From Mobula hypostoma (Eukaryota), in assembly GCF_963921235.1 (NCBI RefSeq), contig NC_086098.1:236421355-236470000 (forward strand): a stretch of 48,646 bases of DNA, in the 5' to 3' direction. Each line of letters begins with the position of its first letter. The first letter of the stretch is position 1. Under the pieces are notes generated by a model. It saw only the letters and a list, made by a program, of their open reading frames with translations, searched no databases and had not been told where the DNA came from. This document shows, piece after piece, positions 33,021-45,477 of this stretch. The translations under genes and the position numbers were made by a program.

Positions 33021-33479
33021 GTGAATGCCAACCTTGCGTTTGCCTCACGTCCTTGTTGAACGCCAAGTTGGCGTGGTCGTTCATTGATTCTATTTTACTC
33101 GATTTCATTTTATTTTATGGATTTATTGAGTATGCCCGCAACAAAAAGAACCTCAGGGTTGTACATGGTGACACAAATGTACTTTGATAATACATTTACT
33201 TTGAACTTCGAAATCGCGACTGTTAATTTAAAGTCAAGGGTGGACATACCCTTTAAAGATCCGCACTGCCCCTTTATATTTGCCTTTCTCTTGGCCGCGT
33301 ACGCGGTTCAGGTTCATCCACGTGGAAACTCAGAAGGGAACGATTGAAAATCTGCCCAGCACCCTTAAGATCAGCCTTGCCCATTGAAAATGTGCCCTGA
33401 ACCTTGAATGAAATTTACATCTGCATAACTAGAACCATCTTATCTGCAGCTTTAAAACTCCGCCTGTCCCGCAAAGTCT

Positions 33480-34100
33480 CTTCATTGACCATCACCCCGA
33501 TCCGCCCCGGCTCCGATCTGTCAATCATTCGCTCTCATCCACCCCCAACCCCACTATTGACGTCACTTCCGGCGCAGCTCCATTCTCATCCGCGCCGACA
33601 AAGAGTTTGCAGGCACGGCCGCCTTACGCTGAGGTGAGAAGTAGTCCCTGCATGGCCTGAGCCGCCGCGTCCAGGTCAGTGACCGATGCCGTGCTTTCAG
33701 CCGCCGATCCGGTGACATCGGCGACTGTGGCTTGACCGTCACATCGTCTGCTCCCTGGGGAAAGGGATGCGGAGTAATACGTCACGGCGAGACCTAACTT
33801 GACAGTTCCAGGACCCGCCCCCTCCGCCTCCCGGTCGCCAGCCTATTGGCTGGATGGCCGTCACTCGGCACGGGCGCGACGGCGATTGGATGGAGGTTTG
33901 CCGTCAGCAGGGCCGGGGGTGGGAACAAGGGGATGTAGCAGGTTTGGGTGCGCCGGCGGGGTTTCTCCTTGTTTTCTGTCCGAGGCCGCGGGAGAGAAGC
34001 GGCGGCGGCCGAATCGGGGAGCGGGGACCCGGGGTTCGGAGCAGGTCAGTGCCGCGGAACTGTGCCTCTTGTGGCCGGCGCCCGTCCCGCGTTCTGTCTC
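33480..34100 (+). promoter_or_regulatory. CpG-island promoter of an unidentified second gene
   Basis: High CpG content; TGACGTCACTTCCGG (CRE + ETS) at 33558-33572; GC boxes ~33503 and ~33815; reverse CCAAT ~33845 and ~33885; + strand donors GAG|GTGAGA (33634) and CAG|GTCAGT (34045). Confidence 0.75.
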
Positions 34101-34292
34101 CAACGTCTCTCGTCCTGGTTCCTGTCCCCTCCCTGCCCCCCCTTGTCCTCGGGCTCCTGCTCTATCCCTCCCTCTGTCGCCTCTCCACCCACCCCCCGTC
34201 TCCGCGTTATTACCCCTTCGCTCGGCTACTGCCTCCTGCTCCTTCCTTGTACCCGGGCTCCTGTCCCCACCACCCGCCCCGGCGACTTGCTC

Positions 34293-35235
34293 CCTTCTAA
34301 CCTGCTTGGTCCCCGGCCCCTCCCCCCTTGTCGCCGGGCCCCTGGTCACTCCCTCCCCTGGATCATCCCCCCTACCCCTCCGATCACCCCTTCCCACCCC
34401 CGATCACCCCCTCCCCACCCCTGTCAGCACCGATCAGTCCCTCCCCACCGCCCGTCCCCGGGTACTTCTCCCTTCTAACCTGCTTGGTCCCCGGCCTCTC
34501 CCCCCTTGTCGCCGGGCCCCTGGTCACTCCCTCCCCTGGATCATCCCCCCTACCCCTCCGATCACCCCTTCCCACCCCCGATCACCCCCTCCCCACCCCT
34601 GTCAGCACCGATCAGTCCCTCCCCACCGCCCGTCCCCGGGTACTTCTCCCTTCTAACCTGCTTGGTCCCCGGCCTCTCCCCCCTTGTCCCTGGGCCCCTG
34701 GTCACCCCCTCCCCTGGATCATCCCCCCTACCCCTCCGATCACCCCTTCCCACCCCGATCACTCCCTCCCCACCCCTGTCAGCACCGATCAGTCCCTCCC
34801 CACCGCCCGTCCCCGGGTACTTCTCCCTTCTAACCTGCTTGGTCCCCGGCCCCTCCCCCCTTGTCGCTGGGCCCCTGGTCACTCCCTCCCCTGGATCATC
34901 CCCCCTACCCCTCCGATCACCCCTTCCCACCCCCGATCACCCCCTCCCCACCCCTGTCAGCACCGATCAGTCCCTCCCCACCGCCCGTCCCCGGGTACCT
35001 CTCCCTTCTAACCTGCTTGGTCCCCGGCCCCTCCCCCCTTGTCCCTGGGCCCCTGGTCACTCCCTCCCCTGGATCATCCCCCCTACCCCTCCGATCACCC
35101 CTTCCCACCCCGATCACCCCCTCCCAACCCCTGTCAGCACCGATCAGTCCCTCCCCACCGCCCGTCCCCGGGTACTTGCTTCCTTCTAACCTGCTTGGTC
35201 CCCGACTCCTCCCCCCTTGTCGCCGGGCCCCCGAT
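34293..35235. repeat. 178-bp tandem repeat, 5 full copies plus a partial
   Basis: ccttctaacctgcttggtccc starts at 34293, 34471, 34649, 34826, 35004 and 35182; the copies are near-identical. Confidence 0.97.
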
Positions 35236-35277
35236 CATCCCCTTCATCCCCTCCTTGCTCCATTCATCCGCTCCCCC

Positions 35278-35465
35278 GGATCACCCCCTCCACTCTCGAT
35301 CACACCCTCCCCGCTCCATTCATCCTGTCCCCTGGATCACCCCCTCCACTCTCGATCACACCCTCCCCGCTCCATTCAACCTGTCCCCTGGATCACCCCC
35401 TCCACTCTCGATCACACCCTCCCCGCTCCATTCATCCCCTCCCCTGGATCAACCCCCTCCACTCC
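35278..35465. repeat. 56-bp tandem repeat, 3 copies plus a partial
   Basis: ggatca..ccctccactc starts at 35278, 35334, 35390 and 35446. Confidence 0.9.
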
Positions 35466-36869
35466 CCCCTCCGACCACCTCCTCCCCACCCCCATCACAC
35501 CCTAATCCCCCAGATAACCCATTCCCACCCCATCACCCCTTACTTCCCCCTGATCACCCCCTTCCCTCCCCATTCATCCCCTCCCCTGGATTATCCCACT
35601 CCACCTACCAATCACCCTCTCCTCACCCCCATCATCACCGTTCAGTCCCTTCTCATCACCATCACCCCTACCCCCCCGGATCACCCCTTCCCCCTCACCA
35701 ACTCCCGCCGCCCGATTAACCCTTCCTCCCCATAGATCCCCTACCCAACTGCTCCTCCCCCCTTTTATTCCTCCCCTGGATCATCCCCTCCCCTCTGTCA
35801 GCCCCTCTCCCCGCTGACCATCTCCCTCGTCCTCTTTGTCTCCAGGCTCTTCCCCCTTCCTTACCCCTCGCCTTCTGCCTTCCAGCTCCCTCCCCTGTGT
35901 TCTTCGATTTCTTGCCCCTTGCCTGGCCTCTGCTCTCCTCACTCACTCTCGTCTCAGGCTCCTGCTCCCACCTCTCCCATCACAGGCTCTTGTCTTTTTC
36001 CATTCCCCCCCACCATCCACCCACACCTTTCTGTCTCTCGTTGTCTCTGCCCTTCCCTCCTACTCGTACTGGCTCTTGCCACGTCCCTCCCTCTCACTGC
36101 CCTCACACTCACCTTTATCATATCCCATTCCTTTGTCCACTCCCAGGACTTTACCCCCTACCCCCACCCGTGGGCCCTTGCACTTTCCAAGCGCCCCACC
36201 CCAACAGTATGCCCATCCTGTTCTCTGCCCCCTCCCTGTCCAGTGTCACCAGCCACCCCAGCATACCTTGTTCTGCCATCACCAGGTGACCAATCCTTTT
36301 AGGAGCACTGTTGACTCTTTCCCTGGTGCCTGGTGAACCCTCCAGGAGGGGTTGTCCATGCCCCCTCACCCTTCCTCCCTCTCAATGCCATTTGCCCACA
36401 CTGTGCCCTTCTCCCTGCTGCTACACCTTGTTCCATGGCCTTGTGCCCACACTGCAGCTCCCCTCTCAGTGCGGCTTCCCCCTCTTATACCGATGGACTT
36501 GCCGTGCCCTCTTCCGGATCTTCCTGCTTTAACTGGGGTTGCCGCCTTCCTTTGTGGTCAGGGGATCTAATGCAGCCCACCATTTGCCAGCGTGCCCATC
36601 GCGTTTGAAATGTTCCTGGCATCCTGTGTAGAAATTTGCCTCTGAATTGGAGCGATTCATTCAGTCTAACTCCTTGCCTGCGTCACGTGTGTTTTTGATG
36701 CAATCGTGTAACGATAGTGCACAAAGGAGGCCATTCAGCCCATCTTGTTGTTTATGGTGCCCCGTCAGTCTCTCTTACCCACGGCCCTGCTATTTTCCTT
36801 TTCTCTTTCCTTTCAGTTCCCTTGTGATGGGTATACTCTTCAGTCTTCATTTGTTTTATTTTTAATTTA

Positions 36870-37120
36870 TTTAGAGATACAGTGTGAAATAGGCCCTTTG
36901 GCCCTCATGAGCCGTGCCACCTGGCACTCCCCAATTTAACCCTAGCCTACCCACAAGACAACTTTCAATGACGAATTGACCTATTAACCGGTGGGTCTTT
37001 GGACTGGGAGGAAACCCATGTGGTTCACAGAAGAACGTACAAACTCCCTACAGAGGATGCTGCGCTTTGTACTCCAATGCCCCAAGCTGTAATAGCTTCG
37101 CACTAACTGTTCTGCACCGT
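36870..37120 (-). mobile_element. V-SINE (HE1/HER1-like) fragment
   Basis: Reverse of gggagtttgtacgttct..catgggtttcctcc..caaagac..ggttaat. Confidence 0.7.
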
Positions 37121-37739
37121 TTTACCCCTCCGCCCTGACAGTTATATTAAACGTTTGCGTGCTGCCTCTCCTGCCTTTGTCAGCGAGACCTTGATGAATT
37201 TTGTGCATCATTCGTTGTGGTAATAATTGCAGCTGATCAGGAACGCGATGAGAGGTTTTATATCTCGCTGTTTCTGTACATGCTCAGAGTAGCGTGGTGT
37301 GCCTGCAGATAGATCTTATTCTGTGGCTTTTAATCTCAGAGCCGGGCTGGAGTCGTGATATTTGTTGTGTTTGGGAGTGCTGTGTGCTACATTGGTGAAG
37401 GGACAGTGCTGGCTTCTCTAAGCCTTTGACCACTGCTCTAAAAAGTCTGATTCGTCCACTGCCTGACCCTCATTGGGAATCGATGTGTGTTCTGTTGCTG
37501 CCGTCTGTGCAATTGCCATCATCTTATCTACAGGAGGCTGATGGAGGTTTAACTCGAGGATGTCGAGGCATTAGTTTCCGGTGTATGAATGGCTTCCAAT
37601 TTTCCATGGGATATAGATTCAAATGAATTTATTTATGAAGTGTACATCGAGGCATACGGTCTACAGACCTACCAGTTAAGTAGGTTAATCGGTCATTGGA
37701 AATTGTCCTGCGATTAGGCTAGGGTTAAACAGCAGGTTC

Positions 37740-38520
37740 ACAAACAAGAGAAGATCTGCAGATGCTGGAAATCAAAGTAACATGCACAAAATGCTGGAGG
37801 AACTCGGCAGGCCAGGCAGCATCTATGGAAAAGAGTAAACAGTTGACATTTTGGGCCGAGACCTTTCATCAGGACTGGTTGTTAACACAGACAACACAGT
37901 TCACTGTATGTTTTGATGTCCATGTGATAAATAAATCTGACTGTGAAAATTGATATTTATTCTCCTTCATAGATGCTGTTTGTTCCTCCAGCATTTAGTG
38001 TGTGTTAGTTAAATAGGAGTGACTGGGTGGCGTGTCTCAAAGGGCCTATTCCACACTTTATCTCAATCAAAGAAATTCTGGAGGAACTCAGCAGGTCAGG
38101 CAGCATCTATAGAGAGGAATAAACAGTTCCGGACCGAGACCCTTTAACAGTGCCGATTGCCACATCTACCTAGTCCTGGACCTAGCACCTCTCTCCAATG
38201 ACCCAGGGTCACAGAAACAGTGATCATCTTTGTTTTGAATGGTATCTGGAGAGATGCAAGCACATCAAGGTCGTACAAAGGGAAATAACAATGAGAATGC
38301 AGAACATGGCAACGCACACAAAATGCTGGAGGAACTCAGCAGCATCTATAGAAGAGAATAAATATCGATTTTTCACGTTCAGATTTATTTATCACATGGA
38401 CATCAAAACGTACAGTGAACTGTGTTGTTTGCGTTAACAACCAGTACGACCTAAGGATGCGCTGGGGGCAGCCCGCAAGTGTTGCCAGACACCCTGGCGC
38501 CAACATAGCGTGCCCACATC
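37740..38520. mobile_element. cluster of Penelope-derived short elements and SINE tails containing a ~130-bp inverted duplication
   Basis: Several aaatgctggaggaactc(a/g)gcag copies; hammerhead relic at 37840-37877; inverted arms at 37874-38007 and 38311-38445. Confidence 0.75.
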
Positions 38521-39149
38521 GTTCAGTAGAACAACAGCAGGTCTCCTGGCTTCCACAAAGGGTAGAGCATGCTTCCCATCCACAGCCAGACTCTTCCATA
38601 AGTAGGAATGTTCCCCTCACTCTGCCTGTCTCAGGACAATGTTGCTAATGATCTCTTCCGATAATTCAGTAACCCTTCTTTCCCAAAGTTCTATGTTACT
38701 GAACTTCGCATCAGTAATCCACATCGCTTAATTATCAAAGAGGTACGGCATAGAGTATTACATCACAGTACAGACCCTTTGCCCTACCATGTTGTGCCGA
38801 CCTCTAACCTCCTCTAAAATTAATCAGACCCTTCCCTCCCACATAGCCCTCCATTTTTCTATCAGCCACATGCCTGTCTAGGAGTCTCTTAAATGTCCCT
38901 AATGTATCTGCCTCTACCACCACCCTGGCAGTGTATTCCAAGTACCCACCACTTTCTGTTTTAAAAAATCCAGTTGTCCAGTGGATTCATCCCTTTTATC
39001 ATCAAATGTATGTTGGAAATCCCGAAGTAACAACAGCAAATGGCAATAACACCCGACAGAAACTCTGTTTATCCTTCCAATGATGCTGCCTGAGGAGTTT
39101 TCAGTCTTCATTCCCGTGAACTGTCATTTAGTAAGTAACCACCTTCTTC

Positions 39150-39662
39150 CAGCACGACCCAGTCCGTCACGGGTAAGGCCCTCCCCAGCATTGAGCACAT
39201 CTGCTTGGAGCGCTGTCCCAGGAAGGCAGCATCCCATCATCAAGGCCCACCCCCCCACCAGCCAGGCCACACTGTCTCCTCACTGCTGCCATCACGAAGA
39301 AGGTACAGCAGCCTCAGGACTCACCACCAGATTCAGGAAGTTATTACCCCCTCAACCATCGGGTTCTTGAACTGGTGGGGATGGCTTCACTTGGCCCATC
39401 TATGAACTGTTCCCACAAGCGATGGACTCACTTTCAAGGATGTTTTAGATATTTATTGCTTACTTATTATTATTTTTTTTTTCTTTTGTATTTGCACAAC
39501 TTGTACATTGGTTGGTTGTCCGTCCTCTGGGGTGTGGTCTTTCACTGCTTCTATTATGGTTCTTGGATTTACTGTGAATGCCTGCAAGAAAATGAATCTC
39601 AGTGTTGTGTATAGTGATATACATGTACTTTGATAATAAATTTACCTTGAACTTTAAACTTT
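39150..39662 (+). mobile_element. Rex1/Babar-type LINE 3' fragment
   Basis: ERCPRKAA..PGH..SLLPSRRRYSSLR with tail gataataaatttaccttgaactttaaacttt. Confidence 0.85.
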
Positions 39663-40175
39663 AGGCAGTACTGGTACAGTTAGTCGAGTTGCTGCCTCTG
39701 TACCAGAGACCTGGGTTCAAACCTGATTATGAGTGCTGTCTGTGTGGTGTTGGCATGTTCTCTCCGTGGCTCCATCTGCCTTTCTTATCACGTCCCAAAG
39801 TCTTGTGGTTGACAGATCAATTGGCCACTCTAAATTGCTCCTGGTCTGTAGAATTGAGGAGAGGCTGATGAGAATAAGACAAAACAAGATTTATGGGGCG
39901 CCACAGTAGTGGTGTGATTAGCATCATGCTATCAAGTGTCAGAGTTCAGAGTTCAATCTCAGCTGTCTCTGTAAGCAAGTTTGTACATTCCTTCCTGTGT
40001 GTATGTGGGTTTCCTCTGGGTACTCTGGTTTCCTCCCACGGTCTAAAGACAGGTTGTAGGTTAATTGGTCATTGTAAATTGTCCCGTGATTGGGACAATT
40101 GAATCAGTGGGTTGCTGGGTGGTGCAGCTTGAGGGGCCTGTTCTATGCTGTATTGCTAAAAAATAAATAAATATA
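39663..40175 (+). mobile_element. two tandem tRNA-derived V-SINEs (HE1/HER1-like)
   Basis: B-box-like gggttcaaacc and gagttcaatct; V-domain-like tgggtttcctctgggtactctggtttcctcccac; A-rich tail at ~40158. Confidence 0.75.
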
Positions 40176-41179
40176 AACATTGAATTAGTGTAATTGGTTG
40201 GCACAGGCTTGATGGGCCAAAGGGTTTCTTCCCACTGAGTGACTCCAGATCTCTTTAGCTCTCAGTAGTCTCTGGCTCCTAGCACCCTGTACTACCGTCT
40301 GTATTAATAATCTACCAGAGGTTGGAGCAACTCAGTGGATTAGCTGATCTCTGTTGTTTCAGATTTCAGCGTCTGCTATCTCCCGTGGTCTCTACAGAGA
40401 GTTATTTCACTCTGACCCTCATTAACCCTTCTTCCTCAGTACCTGGTAATTACTGATATTAATCCAGCTTCCTCGTACTTCCATTCAGCAGTTCCTCCTC
40501 ATAACTTGTGAAAATTGGTGATCCTTGCAATTGAGGGATGACTTTCTTATTAAAAATTGGCAGTCACCTTCTTTCATTGCTTCATTCCTCCTTGTAGCCT
40601 AAAACAGTTTTGCTGATTTTGACCGGTGGAAGTAATGCTTATTCTGTGTAAAGACGATAGAGTTTCTGGCAAGAGTCTCCTTAATTTTGTTTTAGGAGAA
40701 CAACTTCTAATTCTATTGTTTCTCTACATAACCACCCACCTTAAGCCTGATTATATCTGTGAGTCAACTCTGTGGCTTTCTCTCTGCAAAATTCCTGCTC
40801 AGCTGTAACCATGGTTTGATTAAAGAAACGGTGTAACATGTATTTGAGATTTCTATACATCTAAGAATCAAAAACATTTACTTGCATTGATATAGATCTG
40901 GTTGCCTGGGAGACCTTTGGGCAAGTGACTTGAAGCTTGGATAAAGAGAGATTTTGTGGAGCTTTTAAAAGGGCAGGTGGAGAGCATTGGGGAGGCTTGA
41001 ACCCAGGCAGCTGTCAGTAGTGGCAAGGCCAGAACTTGAGATGTTACGGAGACGCCAGATAAAGAAGGGTTCTGAACATTTCGTTCCTAAGGCGCAGCTC
41101 ATGTTTGGTACAGAGGAGAGATTAAGCAGCCTGGACTACAGTTTGAAAGCCATAACTATACTCTAATATCTCTACATTT

Positions 41180-41700
41180 GCCAAGGCTGCACTTGAAGGT
41201 TTGTGCCCAGTTCTGGTCACCTCACTGCAGGAGAGATGTAGGGGTTTTGGAAAGAGTGAAAAAGAGGTTCACCAACATGCTGCCTGGATTAAAGCATGCG
41301 AGCAATGAGGAGAGATCGGACAAGCTAGGGTGCCTTTCTGTGGCATGGTGGAGACTGAGGGGAAAAAATAGTTATAAGGCTCAGTGGGGTAGATAGTCAG
41401 AATCTTATCGCCCAGCCTAGAAATGCCAAGTCCTGGAGGACGGGAATCTAAGGCGAAACTGGGAAAGAGTAACGGAGGTGTGCAGGGTAAGTGCTTTACA
41501 CCAAGTGGTAGGTGCTGGAACGGGCTGCCAGGGAGACTGCTGGAAGCAGATAATGACAGTGACATTTTAAGAGGCTGCTGCATAGACATGAAAATGCAGG
41601 GAATGCATGGATATGGATCATGTCCAGTAGTTCAATTCTGCCTAGTGTTTGGCTTGGACATTGTGGGCCAAAGGGTCTGTTCCCATGCTGTTCAATGTTC
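41180..41700 (+). mobile_element. CR1 3' fragment
   Basis: CAQFWSPH..LERVKKRFTNMLPGL and a CR1 tail. Confidence 0.85.
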
Positions 41701-42159
41701 ATTCCAAACAACTTCTACAGTGAGATGCAGGGACTGTTTTTCCTGGTTTGGGGTAACCTTACAGGCACTGGGCAGACTCCAGGTATGAAGACAGCCTTTC
41801 CAGGCAATGATGACAAGAAATCGCTTTACTCGAGGTTTAGCTTAGATGTGGGTAAATTGGAGTGGAGAATGGAACTGTTGAATTCTGGTTTGCATGTTTG
41901 ATGCAAGTCGTTGCCGTAACCATTTACAGACCTGGTTCAGGTGGAAGGAAACTAGGTTCTTGAATCTTGGTGCAATGATGGCGACTCAGCTCCTGCCTGT
42001 TTCCTTATCTAAGGTGGTTTTCAATGCTCATGGAGGGGGGGGGTGTCCTCTCATCTTCATCTGAGTCCAAGCTAGCAGATCACTGATGGGTCAGACTTAA
42101 TCAAAACAAGCCAGCGCTGCCCCTTTAACTATCAGCACCTTCTCTATGAAACAGGAATG

Positions 42160-43240
42160 TTCAGAATCGGGTTTATTGTCAGTGACGTGTGTCGTGAAAC
42201 TTACTGTTTTGTTGGCAGCAGTACAGACAAAAATTACAGTAAGTTACAAACAATTAATTGTGCAAAAGGGAGGCAGTGACTAGTGTTAAACACGAGATTC
42301 TGCAGATGCTGGAGATCCAGGAAATACTGGAGGAACTTAGCAGCATCTATGGAAAGAAAGGGTCTCAGGGTCTCGGCCTGAAATGTCTAGCGTCTTGTGA
42401 GGTAGAGTTCATGGACCGTTCAGAAATTGAATAGCAGAGGGAAGGATGCTGTTCTTAAAATGTTGAGTGTGGGTCTTCAGGCTCCTGTATCTTCTCTCCG
42501 AGGGTAGTCATGGCAGAGCAGACTTGATGGGTCAAATGGCCTAATTCTGCCCCCATGTCTTACGGTGTAATTATACGTTAGTAATAACAACCCTGATTCT
42601 GAACATTCCTGTTTCACCAACTCATACAAAAGGTGAGAGTCTTTAATGATGGATGCCATCTTCTTGAGGCATTGCCTTTTGAAGGTGTCCTCAATGGTGG
42701 GGAGGGTTGTACCTGTCATGGCTGAGTCTTTGACCCCCCTTCAGTCTCTTGGGATCCTGTTCATTGGAGTCTCCATATCAGGCAGTGATGCAGCCATTTA
42801 AAATGCTCTTCACCACACATCTCTAGAGGTTTGCTGGAGTCTTTGGTGACATACCAAATTTTTACAAACTCCCAAAAAGTAGAACCATTGGTGTGCCTTC
42901 ATCGTTATAGCATCAGTATGTTGTGCTCAGAATAGAACCTCTGAGATGTTGAGCCCTCAATGATGACTGGTGTGTGTTCTCATAATTTCACCTTCCTGAA
43001 GTCCAAAATCAATTCCTTTGATCTTACTGACGTTGGATGCAAGGTTGTTGTTGTGACAGCATTCAATTGATCTATCTATTGTACACCTCCTTGTCACCAC
43101 CTGAGATTCTGCTGTCAACAGTGGTGTCTTTGACAAATTCATAGACTGCCTTTGAGCTGTGCCTAGTGTATATAGGGTAAAGCAGTGCATCCTTGAGCTG
43201 GCCCTGTGACGATCTCAAGGAGGAGATATTATTACCGATT
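42160..43240 (-). mobile_element. Rex1/Babar-type LINE fragment with nested short insertions
   Basis: Minus remnants CHNNNLASNVSKIK and GTTLPTIEDTFKRQCLKK.ASIIKDSH. Confidence 0.75.
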
Positions 43241-43550
43241 TGTAAAATATAACCAAAACGTTGTACACCCAGCTATAGAATAGTTCCCTTCCTCTGACCT
43301 CAAGATGTAGAAGGTTGAAAGGATGATTTACAGTGGTGCTAGAAAGTTTGTGAACCCTGTAGAATTTTCTCTATTTCTGCAAAAATATGACCTAAAGTGT
43401 GATTACATCTTCCAGCAAGTCCTAAAACTAAATAAAGAGAACCCAGTTTAATAAATAACAGAAAAAACATTAAGCTTGTTTGTTTATTTATTGGGAAAAA
43501 TGATCCAATATTGCATGTATTTGTTGGAAAAAGTATGTGAACCTTTGCTT

Positions 43551-44558
43551 TCAGTAACAGGTGTGACCCCTTGTACAGCAATAACTTCAATCAAATGTTT
43601 CTGTTAACTGTTGATCGGTCCTGCACGTCGTCTTGGAGGAATTTTAGGCCATTCCTCCTTACAAAACTGTTTGAACTCTGGGATGTTGGTGGGCTTCTTA
43701 CATGAACCGCTTGCTTTAGGTCTTTCCGCAACATTTCTATAGGATTAAGGTCAGGATTTTGACTCCGCCATTCCAAAACACGAATTTTCTTCTTTTTAAA
43801 ACATCCTGTTATTGATGTACTCTTCTCTTTCCGATCATTGTCCTGTACTTTCCAGCTCTTATTAAGCTTCAGGTGACAGACTGCTACCCTGACATTCTCC
43901 TGTAAAATGTCTTGATACAATTTTGGATTCATTGTTCCCTCAATGATTGTAAGCTGTCCAGGCCCTGAGGCAGTAAAGCATCCCAAACCATGATGCTCCT
44001 TCCACCATGCTTCATAGTTGGGATGAGGTTTTGGTGTTGGTGTGCAGTGCCCGTTTTCCTCTAAACATAGCAATGAGCATTCCTGCCAAAAAGTTCAACT
44101 TTGTGTAATCAGTCCACAGGACATTACAAGCATTGTAGAACACCCAGGTGATCATTTGCAAACTTGGGACATGCAGCAATGTTTGTTTTTGAAGAACAGT
44201 GGTTTTCTCCGTGGTGTCCTTCCATGGACACCAGTCTTGTCGGATTTTTTTAAATCGTGGACACATGATCAGAGACTTTAGCAAGCTCTAGAGATTTCTG
44301 CAAGTCTTTTGCTGTTACCCTTGGGTTCTTTTTCACCTCCTTCAGCATTGCATGTCGTGCTGTTGGTGTGAGCTTTGCAGGAAGCTCACTCCTAGGGAGA
44401 GTAGCAACAGTACTCAGCTTCCTCCATTTGTAGACAATTTCTCTTACTGTGGACTGGTGAACACTCAGGCCTTTAGAAATGCTTTTATAGCCTTTTCCAG
44501 CATAATGCATCTTTCCAATTCTTCTAAGGTCCTCTGAAAGTTGTTTTGATAGACGCAT
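43551..44558 (-). pseudogene. Tc1 transposase, frameshifted
   Basis: Paired-like HTH GKGYKSISK.L.VHQSTVREIVYKW; WTD; QDND..SQNPDLNPIE with exactly 34 residues between D and E. The coding sequence is split over several frames. Confidence 0.93.
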
Positions 44559-44602
44559 GGTGCACATAAACAGATCTTTCTCGAGAAAAGCTTGCTCTGT
44601 CA

Positions 44603-45477
44603 GACGACACCATGGTGGTTGGTCTGATCAGAGGGGATGACGAGATGGCCTACAGGGACGAGGTCCAGCACCTGGCTGCGTGGTGTGCCGACAATAATCT
44701 GACCCTTAACACCCAGAAGACCAAGGAGATCATTCTGGACTTTAAGCATGCCAGGAGTCACACTCAAGTCCCCATCTACATCAACCGAACTGTAGTGGAG
44801 TGTGTATCAAGCTTCAAATTCCTTGGTGTCCACATTTCCGAGGGTCTCACCTGGTCCATGAACTCTTCCATCCTGATCAAAAAGGCACAACAGCGCCTTT
44901 ATTTCCTGCGGAGCATGAAGAAAGCTCACCTCTGTCCCAGGATACTGACAGACTTTTACCGCTGTACCATTGAGAGCATACTCACCAACTGCATCTCAGT
45001 GTGGTATGGCAATTGTCCCGTATCGGACCGCAAAGCACTCCAGCGTGTGGTGAAAACTGCCCAGCGGATTATCGGCACCCAATTGCCCACCATTGAGAAC
45101 ATCTACCATAAACGCTGCCTGGGCAGGGCGAAAAGCATTATCAGGGATGCATCTCACCCTAACCATGGACTTTTTACTCTCCTCCCATCCGGTAGGCGCT
45201 ACAGGAGCATCCGCTCCCGCACCAGCAGGCACAGGAAAAGCTTCTTCCTGGAGACTGTGACACTGCTGAACCTCTCATCACAGTGCTAAGCAGTATTACA
45301 TCCGTATTGTACTGTCTCAGTACTTTTATATTTGTGTGCTGTAGCACTTTTTTTATTCGCAGTTATTTTTGTAAATAACACTGTTCTTTGCATTTCTGGT
45401 CAGATGCTAAATGCATTTCATTGGCTTTGTATCTGTACTCAGCACAATGACAATAAAGTTGAATCTAATCTAATCTA
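44603..45477 (+). mobile_element. young 5'-truncated Rex1/Babar LINE inserted in the Tc1 leader
   Basis: Starts at (A)DDTMVVGLI; uninterrupted 225-aa ORF 44612-45289 (KFLGVHI..KKAQQRLYFLR..LPSGRRYR); (aatct)n tail. Confidence 0.93.

Noticed and set aside
34293-35235. Regular repeats as a CRISPR-like array
   Set aside because: The context is eukaryotic, whole units repeat without unique spacers, and there are no cas genes.
33799-35735. Overlapping 170-285 aa proline-rich ORFs
   Set aside because: They are translations of the 178-bp and 56-bp tandem repeats, and the unit lengths are not multiples of three.
40443-40598. Minus-strand segment bounded by ttttag and gtactg splice-like signals
   Set aside because: All three frames contain stops and there is no other support.
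41805-41900. ATGATGA box-C-like motif suggesting a C/D snoRNA
   Set aside because: No box D (CTGA) at a suitable distance and no terminal stem.
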